Notes: generated from the letters alone by a model not told the origin. 64,000 nt of DNA from Rhizodiscina lignyota (GCA_010015805.1 ML978129.1:1426001-1490000), one strand, 5' to 3'; shown: positions 24,787 to 39,018, counted from the first letter of the stretch. Numbers and translations are program-made.

Positions 24787-25522
24787 AGCTGTAGGTGTTT
24801 TGTCTTCACCGCCAGCGCCTCCACGGCGCCGAAGCGCTCGGAGCTTGTAGAACGCTGGTATATGGAGCTCTTTCTTGGGAGATTGAGGGCGTAGATTGCT
24901 GAGCGAAGGCACTTTGGCAATGAATTTGTATCGCTGACCGCGATTATCAGACAGCGCGACGGTTTTGCTCAATGTATGAGCTCGACAGAGGGTGGTAGGG
25001 TGCAGAAGCGCCGAGAGGGCTTGCGTATGACCAGATACGGAACGATCCAACCGTTGCCGCCCAACGTGGAGGAGACGAAGTGCCAGAGGTACGAAAGAAG
25101 AAAGGATTATAAGCCACAGGCGCGTGTGAAGGAATGGTGGGCGGCTAGCAATCACCGTGAAGGACGTGGGCGCTGACAAGGCTCCGAGACAAAGCGCCTC
25201 TTCTCTTACTGTGGCTTTGCGGTTTTTGAATTATTGTTGCAATAATGAAGGAGAAGTGGATTTATGTAAAGGCGAAGACATGTTTGGTACATACATACAA
25301 GAAGGGAAAACTTCCTTGGTGAGGCTCTGCAATTGACAAATCAAACCGGGGAGATTGGGATGACGATGTCTTCACTTGCCGCGGTCGAGAACGATCGTTC
25401 CACCGCGCCACCGTTCCATTCTCTCATCCACATCCCTTCCATTGCCTGCGCCACTTGAAACTCTTTCCCTTGCTGTTGAAACAATCCAGAGACTGAAGCC
25501 TAGATGGCCGCGCCCTAACATC

Positions 25523-25928
25523 ATGCAGTGGCTAGCGATATTTGAGGTCAGCCGCTACATTCCGCAAACATGTCCATTCATCATGCTAACAGCTTGACCG
25601 TTAGGCCTGGGCCGTCAACAACGTACGTTCATCAACCTGAATGCCTTCCATGCGACCTCGCCCACTGACCTTTCGGCCGGACAGCTCCTGCGCATGCCGC
25701 AGTTTCACAGGGCAGTACACAAGCTCCACGGCACATTCTACAGACTACGGCACGGCAAACCGATGGAGGAGATGGGAGGCACAAACCTTGACAGTACGAC
25801 TGCTGCCTAATGGATGCATCAAGTCTAGGCTGACTGGTCAATCTACAGACCAAGGAGAGACGTTCCTACAGCATTTCAAGCACGAGTTGAAAGCGCAGCT
25901 TCGCGGGGAGACCAAGAAGAAGCCATGA
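25523..25928 (+). CDS. MRX7: Mrx7-like small mitochondrial protein (76 aa, 4 exons)
   Basis: Exons 25523-25546, 25605-25622, 25685-25793 and 25849-25928 give MQWLAIFEAWAVNNLLRMPQFHRAVHKLH...PMEEMGGTNLDNQGETFLQHFKHELKAQL; all introns are GT-AG with CTRAC branch sites. Family call is from recall. Confidence 0.75.
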
Positions 25929-26356
25929 ACCATTACGATTGGATGTGACAATTGCGTATGCATTGGGCGGCGTTTCACCAGGTTAAAGGCTGTTCTGATT
26001 GGTTAGCCTGACTATTTGAAGCGCATTTGATCCTTAAGAGTCTTGGTGCAATTCGCACGGTATAATATTCATGGTGTACACGAGGATGCAGCAAATGCTT
26101 CACGCTACACTTGTATATCAAAAATATCTTGATCCCTCATCTTCATCTCGTAGGCACCTATGAAATTTCCGGGATTTTACAGGGCTTTGCGCGTACCACC
26201 TTGTCTATTACAGACCTTTTACGTCATGCAGGATATCTCGCAGATCGCTCTATATTATGGAGAAATTTCGATACTCCGTTGTCTTTTAGTTGTCTTTTTA
26301 TTTCTATAGTATGTTTACTCTTCTCCTGCCGATCTAGACTCCATACGAACCTAACC

Positions 26357-27562
26357 ATGCCATCAGCAATCGTCACCGGCGCAACAGGCATCCTTGGCCG
26401 CGCCATTGTCCACGAGCTTTCCGCCCACGCACAGCAATGGCCCACCGTACACGCCCTCTCGCGCAGCAAGACAGAATCGTATCCGTCAAATGTAATTCAT
26501 AACCATGTGGACCTCACCTCTCCCTCAAAGGAGATGGCAGAGCAGCTCGCAGCCGTCAAAGGCGAGTATCTCTTCTTCTCCGCATATCTCCAGCAGGACA
26601 GCGAGCAGGCAAACTTCGACGTCAATGGCGACATGCTCGAGGCATTTCTCAACGCTCTGGACATTACCGGCGCATCTAAGACGCTGAAAAGGATCATTCT
26701 CGTCACTGGTGCGAAACAGTACGGTGTGCACTTAGGTGCAGCGAAGTGCCCGATGATGGAGAGCGATCGCTGGGTCGTAGGCGACGACCGGCCGCCGAAT
26801 TTCTACTACCGTCAGCAGGATATCCTACGGCACTACTGCCAAGATAGAGAGTTCGATTGGGTAGTGACGTATCCGAACGACGTGATCGGCCTGGCGAAAG
26901 GGAATTTCATGAACTTGGCCACGAGCGTGGGGTTGTATGCCGCAGTGACGAAAGAACTTGGATCGGGAGAGCTACCGTTTCCCGGAAGCGAGATCTTTTA
27001 CACCAAGTTTGATAGCTTTACCGTCGCGAACCTGCATGCAAAGTTCTGTGCGTGGGCTGCGCTGGAGCCCAGAGCGGGAAATGAGGCATTCAATGTTGTG
27101 AACGGCGATATAGAGAGCTGGCAGAACTTGTGGCCGCGCCTGGCACAGCGGTATGGGCTCAAAGTACCGCCGGATCAATTTGAACGTAGCGCAGATATGA
27201 GCAGCGAAATGCTACTTGCGGAGCGGCCACCACTGGATGACTGGGCAGATGAACTTGGCTTGAGAGGCAAGGTCAGACAGAATAAGGTGCAGCAGCGGAT
27301 TGATCTGGTCAAGTGGAGTCAGAAGGAGGAGGTTAAGGAAGGGTGGGAGAAGCTGGCGGATAGAGAGGGTCTGGAGAAGGATGCCTTTGAGAAGGCGACT
27401 TGGGAGTTTTTGGCATTCGTGCTTGGTAGGGACTACGATATTGTTATTAGCATGAGCAAGGCAAGGAAATTGGGTTGGAGTGGATATGCGGATACATGGG
27501 AGAGCTTGGAGGAGGCTTTGGGAGAATTGGAGGTTGCGAAAGTTCTTCCGAAGGCGAAATGA
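26357..27562 (+). CDS. PRISE-family (progesterone 5-beta-reductase/iridoid synthase-like) SDR
   Basis: ATG 26357 MPSAIVTGATGILG; TGAKQYG; PPNFYY; EAFNVVNGD; MSKARKLGW. Confidence 0.88.
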   Translation: MPSAIVTGATGILGRAIVHELSAHAQQWPTVHALSRSKTESYPSNVIHNHVDLTSPSKEMAEQLAAVKGEYLFFSAYLQQDSEQANFDVNGDMLEAFLNALDITGASKTLKRIILVTGAKQYGVHLGAAKCPMMESDRWVVGDDRPPNFYYRQQDILRHYCQDREFDWVVTYPNDVIGLAKGNFMNLATSVGLYAAVTKELGSGELPFPGSEIFYTKFDSFTVANLHAKFCAWAALEPRAGNEAFNVVNGDIESWQNLWPRLAQRYGLKVPPDQFERSADMSSEMLLAERPPLDDWADELGLRGKVRQNKVQQRIDLVKWSQKEEVKEGWEKLADREGLEKDAFEKATWEFLAFVLGRDYDIVISMSKARKLGWSGYADTWESLEEALGELEVAKVLPKAK

Positions 27563-28485
27563 AAACAGCTATGGTGAGTAACTGTGATAAATGAATTTCG
27601 TGGCAGTGCACATACGCTGAGACTGTCAGACGCTATGTTGCTAAGACGATTCGCGCATTCGGTGATACTTTGATCTACAGTTCCACTGCAGCCATAACTA
27701 CTCGGAAATGAAACAATAAGAGCTACACCTCTATTCTCACTCTATTCTTATGCCCACGAATGGTCAAATTCTTAGTCTTCGCCAGAATTTTACCTCTCGC
27801 ATCTGTCCATGGAGCTGGCCAATATTGTTCCTCTGCAGCTCCGTATCGTATTCTTCGATGCTGCTTTTCTGTCCCGATGAACCTGAATAAGAGAAAGAGA
27901 GTGTAGAATCCCCCGCTAGTGTCTCTGGAACTTGATGGTGGTTTGGTATAGTCGACTGTGGTTCCTGAAGAGAATTGGCTTGGACTACGGCTTCTGACTA
28001 TGAGGCTCCAGTGTCCGTGGCGGGGTCGATGTTACTTGAGGTTGATCCGTTGAAAGCTTGAGTGCCATGATTGGTACATCGTCTTGCTCGAACTTAATCT
28101 CTCTATCGAATAAAAAGTTGCCCGAAGATTCTCCTCTTATTCTACACAGAAATAATCAATGAAAGGTCCGGTGACGCACAAAGAATCAAGTCTATATTCC
28201 CAGTTGACATCACACTGTTCCACTTTCTCACACTCATAATTCTGCGTCACTATATCGTGCGCAACATCTCCATCAAGATTTCCACCATACATTAGCTGCC
28301 GTCCCAAATCCTCAGGAACTCAAGCGATGTGGAACCTCACCATCGTCCTCTTCGCAGACATTTCCAGCTCCTTGAATCGATTCTTATATAGCATATCAGA
28401 AGACCATCGTCCTTCCACACAGGCTCGATTTGACCACCGCGCTCTCGAGCTTCTGGGTTGATTTCCTTACAGTTGCTATGATGAC

Positions 28486-31400
28486 TCAAACTGTTATTAG
28501 CTTGCTTTTATCGGCAATCTTAGCAGCAAAGCTCTCAATAGGCACAGCCGCCAGAATTTCCAAGAGTGCCATGTTCGCCTTCATCTCTCTAGTGATCCAA
28601 TTCCTCACCTCGAGCGCCACGAGGGAATCCACGCCGTAGCGGTACAACGGCCGGCCAGGGTCGACTTCAGAAGGAGGCATCTGGAGGATCTCCGCTGTCT
28701 TATGAACCAAAGCGTCCGTAATTATTTCCGCTGCTTTCTCCTTGCTACTGGCTTTGGAAAGTCTGGATGCTAGTGATTCGGTAGAGCCCTGGCCTTCTGC
28801 TGAGGCAGCAGTGACAACACTAGTGACGGCCAGGGGTCCAAAACGCGGGTTGCTGAAGTATTCCGGCTGGGCAAGACCATGAGTAGCCATAATGTCAGCG
28901 GTACCCAGACCCGTGCAAACCTGCACAGGGTAGTCTTCTCCAGATCCACGCTGTTGCTGATTGATCAGACTCTTCATGAGCGCGTGGAAAGCGGGCTCGC
29001 GGATACCCAAGACCTCTTCCCAGCGTTTGATATTACCAGTGGTACCGGTCTCTGCAAGTACACCAACGTCGCGCATGATGCCTAGGTCTACAGATATGGC
29101 CTTGAGGCCCTGAGAGCGGCGGTAGTGGGCAAGGGTGTCCTGGTATGTGTTTCCGGCCGCGTACTGCGCCTGACTGGGATACCCGTAGATTCCGGAGGTT
29201 GATGAGCAGATGACCATGAAGTCCAGCGGCCGCTCATGACTGAAGTATTTGTGCAGATTCCATGTCCCTTGGACCTTGGGGCCTACAGGAACGCTCCACT
29301 CCTCGTACGACATCTTCTCGAAAACGATGTCTCGAAGGACCATGGCCATCTGGATAACTCCCTTAATGGGCGGGAGCTGCTGTGAACACTGCTCCATGGC
29401 AGCAAAGAAGGAGGTCTCGTCAGCTATGTCGCCGCGGTAAGCCTTAACCAGTATTCCTTGACCCGACAGCTCGTCCAGGACAGCCTTTGCCTGGGGCGTG
29501 GTATCGCCAGATCGTGAGAGGAAAGCAATGTTCCTAGCTCCAGATGCCACAAACTCCTTTGCAAGACTGCGACCTAAGCCACCCAAACCACCGACGAAGA
29601 GGTACGTAGCTTCGGGATCAAGCTTCAAAGAATCTTTTGCCTTGCGTAGAACAGGAGCTTGGGCATCATCTGGGAACGAAAGTACTAGCTTACCACGATG
29701 CTTGCCCTGTTGCATGGTTCGGAACGCATCGCCAGCTTGGTTAATCGGATACACGTTCATAGGGCTTGGAGCCCGGAGGATACCCTTATCCAGGAGCTTG
29801 AAGGCCTCCTTGAGCATGTCACCAAAAGCAGCCGGGTCTTCTTCATAAAGGGTATGATTGTTGATGAATGTAAAGGTGGTGCTTTTACGGAAGGGCCGCA
29901 TGTCGAGGCGCATGTTGTTGGTAATGTCGCGCAGACCGATTTCGATGAAGGTTCCAAAGGTCGCAAGACAGCCCCAGGATGCCCTCAAGAGCTCTCCAGA
30001 CAGCGAGTTGAGGATGCAATCGACGCCACGACCACTTGTGATTCGATTGATGCCCTGTTCAATAATTAGCGGTCGGGATACGCGCAGCTGAAAGCTTTGA
30101 AAGTGTGTAATAATTCTTGAGACCATGTAATCGGAATGTATATGCAACTTTCAGACTATCCTTGAAGAAGTCTACAACTAGAAAAGGTCTCACCTTGACG
30201 AAACTAGCATCACGCGAGTTGAAGATGTGTTCCTCGGGAATATTGTACTGTTCCATGATGAGCCTTCGCTTGTCTTCTGTGCCCACAGTCACATAGATAA
30301 CTAGGCCTAGATGTTTTGCTAGCCTGGGGTACCGTGGAGTTAGCAGTTGCAATAACATGATGTTTGAGGACGTCTCGAGAGTACATAATAAAAGGAGAAG
30401 GGGCTCTGGTTCCTTACTGTATTGCTGCTTGCCCTACTCCTCCCGCCGCAGCGTGGATCAACACAGACTGGCCCCTACGAAGCTTTGCTGTGGCGACAAA
30501 GGCGTAGTATGCAGTGGTGTGTACCACAGGGACTGCTGCTGCCTCTTCAAAGGACATTGAGTCGGGAATTTTAGTCATGACACGACAGTCGGCTCGGATC
30601 CTGGTTCCGTGCGTCCCTAAACTTATGGTGCTCACGCGATCACCTGGCTTGAAGTCTGTTGCCTTGCTTCCTGTCCTGAGGACAACGCCACTGGCTTCCT
30701 GACCCAGCCACTGCACGGGAATCAGAGCCATGCATGCCATGATATCTCGGAAACTATGCGTAAGTTAGGTTAGTATACATCCCGTTGCATCGATGGTGTA
30801 GTAGGAGACACGTACTTCAGACCTGTAGCCTTGACTTGGATTTCAACCTCATGGTCTTGCAGCGGAGCAAGCATACGATCGTCAGAGACAAATTTTAAAG
30901 TGTCCAAAAGACCAGGCTTGCCGATCGTCAGTCGGAGGGGGTCGCTCTGGTCAGCCAGAGTTTCAAGGCGTGTGGAGTCGTGCAGATGGTAGTCAATACT
31001 TTCGTTCTGCTTGTAGCTCTTAAAAATACGGGCAACTTGAAGAATACCTCCCACTTCTCGATACTCATTGTCACTGCTGTCCGATTCGAGGATCCGGGTT
31101 GCAAGGGAAGGCCCATGATGTAGTCCCGTTGCCTCGCTGAGATGCAAGACTTCAAACTTGGTTCCTGCAATCTCTGTCGTGATACACCGTGCAAAGCCAT
31201 CCACCATGCCAAATGATGGGTTGTTGCCGTAGGTAATCCACAGGAGTCGCTCACAATTCAACACTACTGTTCGAAGATTCTCGAAGTCTGACTGAGAGAG
31301 ATTATCCAGTACTGGCTGCTCAAGCTCTAATAGAGATATGTATGTTTTGCCCTTGGCATCATCGGAGCTAATGTCACCGCCCCAAGGCTCCGTGAAAACA

Positions 31401-34400
31401 GAGTAGCCTTGGTGCTCGAGAACTTTCCGCAGAATGGAGGAGAAGCCTTCGGTAGCGGATTTTGCGGCGGATGGGCTGAGAAGAACAACTTCGTGCTTGG
31501 ATACGCCATTTGTAACAGCTTCCGTTTGAGATTCCTTGTTCGAGAACAAAGCGAGTGATTTGCCGTCCTGAATGCTGGAGACTATTTGGAACCCCTTGGC
31601 CACCAATCCAGAGCCCACAACATCATTGCTGGCAACAACGACAATAGTGACATCCGGTTTGGCTAGTTGCTGATTTGCCAGATCAATCAGACGTTCTAAG
31701 CTGTTTGCATCTTTGACTTCATGTGAGATGACCAATAGGTCGGCGGGAGCCACGTCGATGGGCAAGGGAGTACCGGTTTCGCCAAGAGAAAGTAATTGCT
31801 CGAATGTGTCCGCGTCCTTCTTGCCGTCTTTGCTGTTATTTACAACAGCATAACCAATCTGGCTTGGAAGAATGGCGCTTTTCGGTAACTTGGACATCGC
31901 TGCATTGGGAAGTTCACCCGCGTCTGAAATCAGCTCGGTGACGGTTGCCGCTGGGTTATGGTGGAGTATCATGCGAATAAGCTGCATTCCATGTCAGATA
32001 CATCGATCTTGTCTTCCCCACGTGCTGTATGTATTGATTGAGCCCGCAAAAGAGACGGAGAAAAGGTAAAAACAGACGACGCGGAGCTTACCTCGGTGAG
32101 CCTATCCTGGGTTGCAACCGCGCTCACCACCTGACTTATTTCCTGAGGCTGCAGTAGACCCAGCGCGTGGTTCCATTGGACCTCAGCAGTGATGTCGGCA
32201 GGGTCAACTTCGACACCTTCTCCATCCTGCTTTCCCGCGTCCATGTCCAGCTCTGAGGTTCGAAAGTCTTTGATAGACAAGAAGACCTTGGAAATATCTT
32301 TATCGAAGATAGAAATATCTGCAGATAACTCATTGAAGCCATATCTTTCCGAGCGACAGAGACCCGGCATGACATAGTCGGCAGCGCCCGGGATATTGAC
32401 AGATATCTCCAACTCGCCTATCGAAGTCGGCACAAACGGTTTATCAAACTCGAAAGCGCTGTTCTTGTATGTGCTGCCTAGCCAGCACTGGAAAATAGCA
32501 TCAAGAGATGCCGCGTTGATGAGGAACGGTCGATCAAACTGGTCCTTGCTGAACGTTTCTCCAACATCGACAAGCCTTATATCGAAGACGGTCTTCCCGT
32601 AACCGGGATGGCAATTCTCTACGCCCTGAAAGAGTTCCCCATAGCTCCACGAGGCCTTGGTCATGTGCTGGTAAAATCTTTCCTTGGCATAAGTCTCGGG
32701 GCAGTCTTTGAGAATGTTATGGTAGTCAACAATCTGTGCAGCCTCGATCCTGGTATCCTCCACAGCCATTTGGTCGCTCCGATTTTCTTCGTAGTCGATC
32801 GTCACTAAGCCTCTAGCATTGTCTCGCAGCTGGTCTGTTCCAACACACGAGGACACAGTCCACTCCCACCAGCTGGCGGGGGTTGAACCTGAGGTGGCGA
32901 TGACGTGTGGGCGTAGGTGGATGATGACCTCAGTAGCCAGGTCCTCTGGAAGAGCCATAGCAGCAAAGAGATTAACATCGCGCAGTCTGAAGGCACGGGC
33001 TGTCCTTCCCGCATCTACCAGCTGCTGAGCGGCTTCCAAGATTATGCTCACGATTCCGGCTCCTGGAAACAGCACGGTACTGCCCACGGTGTGGCCACGA
33101 AGCCAAGGCTCCTCCGAGAGTCGAATAAAGCCCCGCCATACGTATTCGCTTTCGGCCATCATAGGAACCGGGGCACCAATGAGGCTCCTCGTGGGAAATT
33201 TCTGTCCGACGAACTCCCTATGAATGCGAGAGTCTGCGCGGAATGTTTTGGAGTGGTTCCTGTATTTCAAATAACACTGTCAGCATACTGATAGTAGATT
33301 CTCCTCGGGGGAATTTGTAACGCTGAGGTATTCATACTTACCAGGGATACGAAGGGAGGTTCGTCAGCAGATGGCAGTGCGAGTCACCGTTGGTGCTTTG
33401 CACCTCGAGGGGCACACCTTGGAGGAACAGCTCGTCGGCAAGTTTCAGGCCATTGTCGAGCGAGTTCTCACCACGAGTAAGGACCGACTTGTAGCCGATA
33501 TTGTTAATACCGTGGTGGGACAAAATCTGCTCGATGGGGCCGCCCAGCGCACTGTGAGGGCCAACTTCAACCAGAAGGTCGACAGTGTTCTTGCCGTCGC
33601 CATCAACAGGTGTGACCAATTCTTTGACAGCGTCGGCGAACAACACGGGGGAGATGAGATTGCGGACCCAGTAGTAGGGGCCGAGGAGCTCCGAATCTAC
33701 TTCGCTGCCTGTAACACTGGATACCATAATGGGTTGTCCGTCAGATGGTGGGGCAGGCTTGAGATTGGCAATAGAGGCAGAATATTCCGCGAAGGCAGAG
33801 TTCATATGAGCGGAATGGTATGCCACGTCAACTCTGAGTCGCCGCGCAAACACACTCCGCTCATCCAAGATGGCTCGTAACTCTTCAAGCGCGGCGACAT
33901 CGCCAGAGAGCGTGACACTTGAAGGTGAGTTGACACAAGCGACTGTCACCAGGCCACCGGTGAGCTTGGTCTGGGCGATTATCTCGCCTGCCTCCTCTCG
34001 AGAGCATCCAACAGCCATCATACCACCATTGAGGCCTTTGAGTGGGAGCCTAGCCGAGGCTTCGCCTCTGAAATAGGCCGCTGAGATGGCGTCATAGTGA
34101 GACAAAGCTCCGATGCTGTATGCTGCAGCAATTTCTCCACTTGAATGGCCAACAACTTTCGAAGGCGTTATTCCCCACGAGTTCAACTCGTCGACTAACG
34201 CAACTTGCAAAACAGAGCAAATTGGCTGCGAAATCTCCGGTACGCCAAGTCGAGACTCGTCTTGTGCCTTGGACAGCTCCGTAACTGGGTCCCAATTGCA
34301 GCCCAAGTCTTTCAAAATTGCAGCAGATCTTGCCACAGAGTTCTTGAAAACGGGGCGTTCCAGTAGCTCGAGGCCCATGCGAGGCCACTGAGCGCCTTGC

Positions 34401-36429
34401 CCAGTGAAGACAAAACTAACCAGCAGCTCAGAGTCAGCAAATGTGTTTCAAAGAACTCGAAGAACATGCCCCAGTAAATAAAGAGTGTACATGTGAGGGA
34501 ATTTTCCAGCAAGGTTTGAAGACTCACCCGATACGTGGTTGGCTGTTTGCTGCCCGGGTGGCATTTGCTCCGGGCTCGGTTGATAATTGATGGCGCAGCT
34601 CAGCTGCACTCTCTGCAATATAAGTGGCTCTCCATGATAGGCCAGATCTCGCAACTGCAAGAGTGTGTGCAAGATTGGCAAGATATTCCGGGGTCGATGC
34701 GGTAGGGCCGAGGCTATCCAGGTGTTCGACGAGGGCGTCTCCTACACGCTTGAAGCCAGCTTGGTCTTGGCTGCTAAGGACAAAGAGTCTCTTGGCGTGA
34801 CGAGTTTTGTGGAGAGCAATACCGTTGGTGAGCATTTTCTGGCCTAACTTGAATGTCTCCAAGACGACATGTCCATTCGTCCCTCCCATCCCGAAGCCAC
34901 TGACACTCATGCGCCGCCCAGCTTTGGTGGCGGGCCAGGGCGTCAGTTTTGTGGGTACTGCCATATTCCATTCGTCTAGAGGAATGGCGGGATTTGGCTT
35001 TGAGAAATGGATGTTTGGCGGGATCTGACCATGCTCCATCGCTAGCACACCCTTGATGATGCCAGCAACTCCGGCAGCAGCCTCGAGATGGCCAATCTGA
35101 CCATGGTCAGTGACATGGACTAGAAGCAGTCGAACGAGATTTTGATAATGTTCGTACGGACGATTGGGCGATGTCGCCAAGATGGAGCTTGAGCATTCGC
35201 ATGTTGACATTCAACAGTAGAAGATAGACTTACGTTCGGCTTGACGCTACCAATCCATAGCTTGCGCGATTTCGTCGTGCTCTGGCCAATCGTACGGTGA
35301 ATCGCTCCGACCTCTTGTGGATCGCCGGCTTTGGTGCCAGTGCCCTAATCATGTACACGTCAGGTAACCGAAAAAGGCAAACGCTTTATGATGTTCAACC
35401 TACGTGAGCTTCAACGTACTGAGTTGAGCCATAATCCAGACCGTGTGACGTGTAGACGTATTTTATGAGAGCCGCCTGGGCTTCACTAGAGGGCATCGTC
35501 ACACCCTGCGTCCAACCATCTGAATTTACACCAGAGGCACGAATAACGGCTCGAATGGAATCTCCGTCTTCAAGTGCCTTGTCCAGTCGCTTCAAGATAA
35601 GAATGCCACAGCCCTCACCTCGACCGTACCCACCTGCATTCTCGTCGAATGCCCTGGAGTGACCTTCTGGGTTGAGGAATCCCAAGTTGTTGAGTTGCAT
35701 ATTACCATCTGGACTGATGATCATGCCAACCCCTCCGGCGATGGCCATTTCTGACTCTCCGGATTGTAGACTTTGACAGGCCAGATGAGTAGCCACGAGA
35801 CTTGATGAGCAAGCCGTATGAATGGTGGCGCTGGGACCATGAATATCCAAAAAATGCGAGACGCGGTTCGAGATCATTTCCTCGCAGGTTCCGAGAATAT
35901 GGTACTTAGGACTGTGCCCAAAGTCCCGGACAACAGCGTCTCGATAGTCGCTCATTGAGGAGCCGATATAGCAAGCAGTCTGAGTGCCAGCAACTTTTTG
36001 GAGCGTTTTGCCAGCATTTTCAAGAGCTTCGTAGACCACTTCCATCGCGATGCGCTGTTTTGGATCAAATGAAATGGCTTCCGCTGCCGTAATGTTGAAG
36101 AATGCCGCATCAAACGCGTAAGGGTCCTGCTTGAGGAAGTGTCCCCCCTTGGTGGCTAATACATTTTGGCGATTGCTAGCCTTTGGATGGTAGAATGAAT
36201 CTGCATTGTACCGGTCTGTTGTCGCGGAGTAGGCATCTTTGAGACTGTTAGTGGCCTGTAGATGACAAGGTGCAGCAAAGCTTTACTGCGTAAAGCCTCT
36301 AGCTCACTTACCTTTTCCATTCTTCAAAAGGTCCCAGAACTTTGATGGGGAGGTAGCATCACCCGGGAAACGACAGGCGAGGCCGACAATGGCTACAGGG
36401 ATGTGGGATGGGTTGTTGGTGGAAGGCAT
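28486..36429 (-). CDS. Highly reducing PKS, KS-AT-DH-(psiMT)-ER-KR-ACP, Hpm8/PKS4-like (10 exons)
   Basis: [81 protein letters not shown]. Nine GT-AG introns splice in frame with no internal stops found. Confidence 0.95.
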
Positions 36430-37331
36430 ACTGTCCGAATATTCTATATCGACCAGTATCTGGAAGGGGTCGATGCCGAAGATTTATATTCTCTGGAGAT
36501 GTCGCATTTAGACTTGAAGATGCCTTTGCTGTACCGACTCGTCTTGAGCCAAAGGAGTGATACACCCCCATAGTTACTCGGTGTCGTAATCAGCAATCCA
36601 GTAAGTAATTAACCCCTCCAAGAGTATAGAAGACGGTCACTGAAAGTGACCCATGCCCACAAGATTAGCCATCCATCGTTGTACCTCTCCGGAGATATGT
36701 TTCCCCCACGCAACTAAAAACGCCGCCTCGTGCAGGTGGCACCGTGGCTTCGGCTATCAGTCACGGTTCGGTTCTGTTTCCGCTGTAGGATTCTGCGTCG
36801 ACTTTCAAGCCTCAAGGAGAGCATTAACCAATCCTTATTTACGGCCCCTAAGTCAGCTTGTGGAGAGCTATCCACTTCGTGCTTTAGAAAGTCAGGGGCC
36901 CGCTTTTACTTGTTAGCGAATAAGCGCGCGATTTACGGTGCTCGGTAAACGGCTCCCACCAAATAATTAACTCGTATTACAGCGGAATTCCACCGACAAA
37001 TACAATGATCCTTGCTCGAAGCTTGCGATCTTCGTACTTCTTGAAATGATGTTTTCTGACATTGTTAGTTGGAAGGATACCGATAAGCAGCTGAGAAGAG
37101 CAGCTGTCAGAGGCATGGTAGGCAGTTTCATCCTGCACATCTCTTAGCTTTTTCCTTTCTTCTTCTTCTTCTTTTTTTAGATGTGACAGGATATTTGGCT
37201 TCTCTATGTGAAGATAGATATCATCTTCTTTTAGCTCCGCTCAAGGCTGAATCAAGATCATTGTCATTTTCTTCGAACTAGACCAAAGCTGTGTTGTTCG
37301 ACTGATTTGCTTCTATCTTAGATTTGCAACA

Positions 37332-39018
37332 ATGGCGCCACAACTTACTGAAATCAACTTGGATCGATTCGCCAATCGCTCGACACTGTTGCTTGCTATT
37401 GCTCTAGTATGTTATTCACACCTCGCGCAACAGATTTGGCATTAACAGTCGTGTCAGCCCTTCTTATGGATTCTGATCTTGAGACCCATTTACTTGCTCT
37501 CTTTCCACCCACTCAGCAGGTTTCCTGGACCGAAGCTCTGGGCGGTTACCCGTTGGGGCGTTTCACTTGCGAATATTAGCGGCAGGTCTCGTTATATTCT
37601 TCTCGACCTGCACAAAAAGTATGGTCCTGTCGTGCGAATCGCTCCTGATGAAATCACCTTTCAGTCGATTACCGCCCGTACTGAAATTGCCGGTCACCGG
37701 AAAGTGGGCGAGCCAGAAATGATCAAGGAGCCTGTTTTCAATGAATCCTTCAGAAACAACATCATTGGCGCGAGTCGTGACGACCACGCACGTATGCGCA
37801 AGATCTTGGCACGTGGATTTGCTGCCTCGACTCTCCAGAGACAAGAGCCTTTGATCATTCAATATATTGACAAGCTTATTTCGGAACTCCATAAACGAGC
37901 CGATGGCACGAACTTCGATATCGAAGCTTGGTATGCGTACACTGCATTTGATATCATTGGCGATCTTACCTTTGGAGAGTCTTTTGGGTCTCTCGATAGC
38001 GGAGGGCATTCATCCTGGGCATCTTTACTCTTCGAGACCTCGAGAACCGTTGTGCTTGGGAACTCTTTGAAGAGAATCAGCAAAGCCTTATTGCCAGCCT
38101 TGCTACTCATCAGTAAGCTTAACTGCTCTCATTCCATAGACAGCTCGCACATTGCCATGCTAACGCATTGAATAGCTCCTAAGAATACGAGCAGGAGAAT
38201 GCAGGAAAACCGGGAGCTTACTGACGCCAAGATCGCCAAACGTCGTGCTCTTGGCACTAGCCGGCCTGACTTTATGTCGGGCATGCTCGGCGACGATGGA
38301 AAAGGAGGACTTCTTTCGGAAGATGAGCTCAAATCGAATTGTGATGCTCTTATGATTGCTGGCGCCGAGACCACGTCGACTGTTCTTGGGGGTATAACTT
38401 ATTACATGGCCACGACTCCTAGCGTATTGGAAAACGCCGCCACAGAAGTTCGTTCCACCTTTGTTCGGGATGAGGATATCAATATGATTGGGACTGCGCA
38501 TCTCAAATATCTTCAAGCTGTAATCACGGAAACCTTACGCATGTTGCCTCCGATTGCTGGAATCTCACCACGCCAAGTTCCTGCTGGGGGCGCTGTGATT
38601 GCCGGGGAATTTATTCCTGAATATGTATGTTTCCCCTACCCTTTCTCTGTGACTTTTCAGTCGTTGTAACTAATACTTTTCATTTGCAAAGACAACAGTT
38701 GGTGTGTCGCATTTCAGTATGGGGAGAGCTCCAGAGTACTTTTCGCGTGCAGATGAATTCCACCCTGAGCGCTGGCTTGACGGTCCCCTTTTCAAGAACG
38801 ACCAGAAGGAAGCAGCTCAACCATTCGCCGTTGGCCCGCGAAATTGTGTCGGGATGAACTTGGCTAACGTTGAGTTGCGGATAATTATCGCAAGAATTCT
38901 GTGGAACTTTGATTTGAAGCTTGATGAGAGTAGCATGAATTGGGAGCGTGATATGAATGAATATCTTGCTTGGGAGAAGGCACCACTTATAGTTTCTTTG
39001 ACGCCGAGACAGAAGTAG
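37332..39018 (+). CDS. Cytochrome P450 (Tri11/CYP65-like, 4 exons)
   Basis: N-terminal TM anchor, [27 protein letters not shown] and heme motif [10 protein letters not shown]; three introns in frame. Subfamily call is tentative. Confidence 0.93.

Noticed and set aside
27764..28485. Possible pseudogene downstream of the HR-PKS (minus-strand ~108 codons with one stop)
   Set aside because: No start or recognisable domain; the length is within chance expectation.
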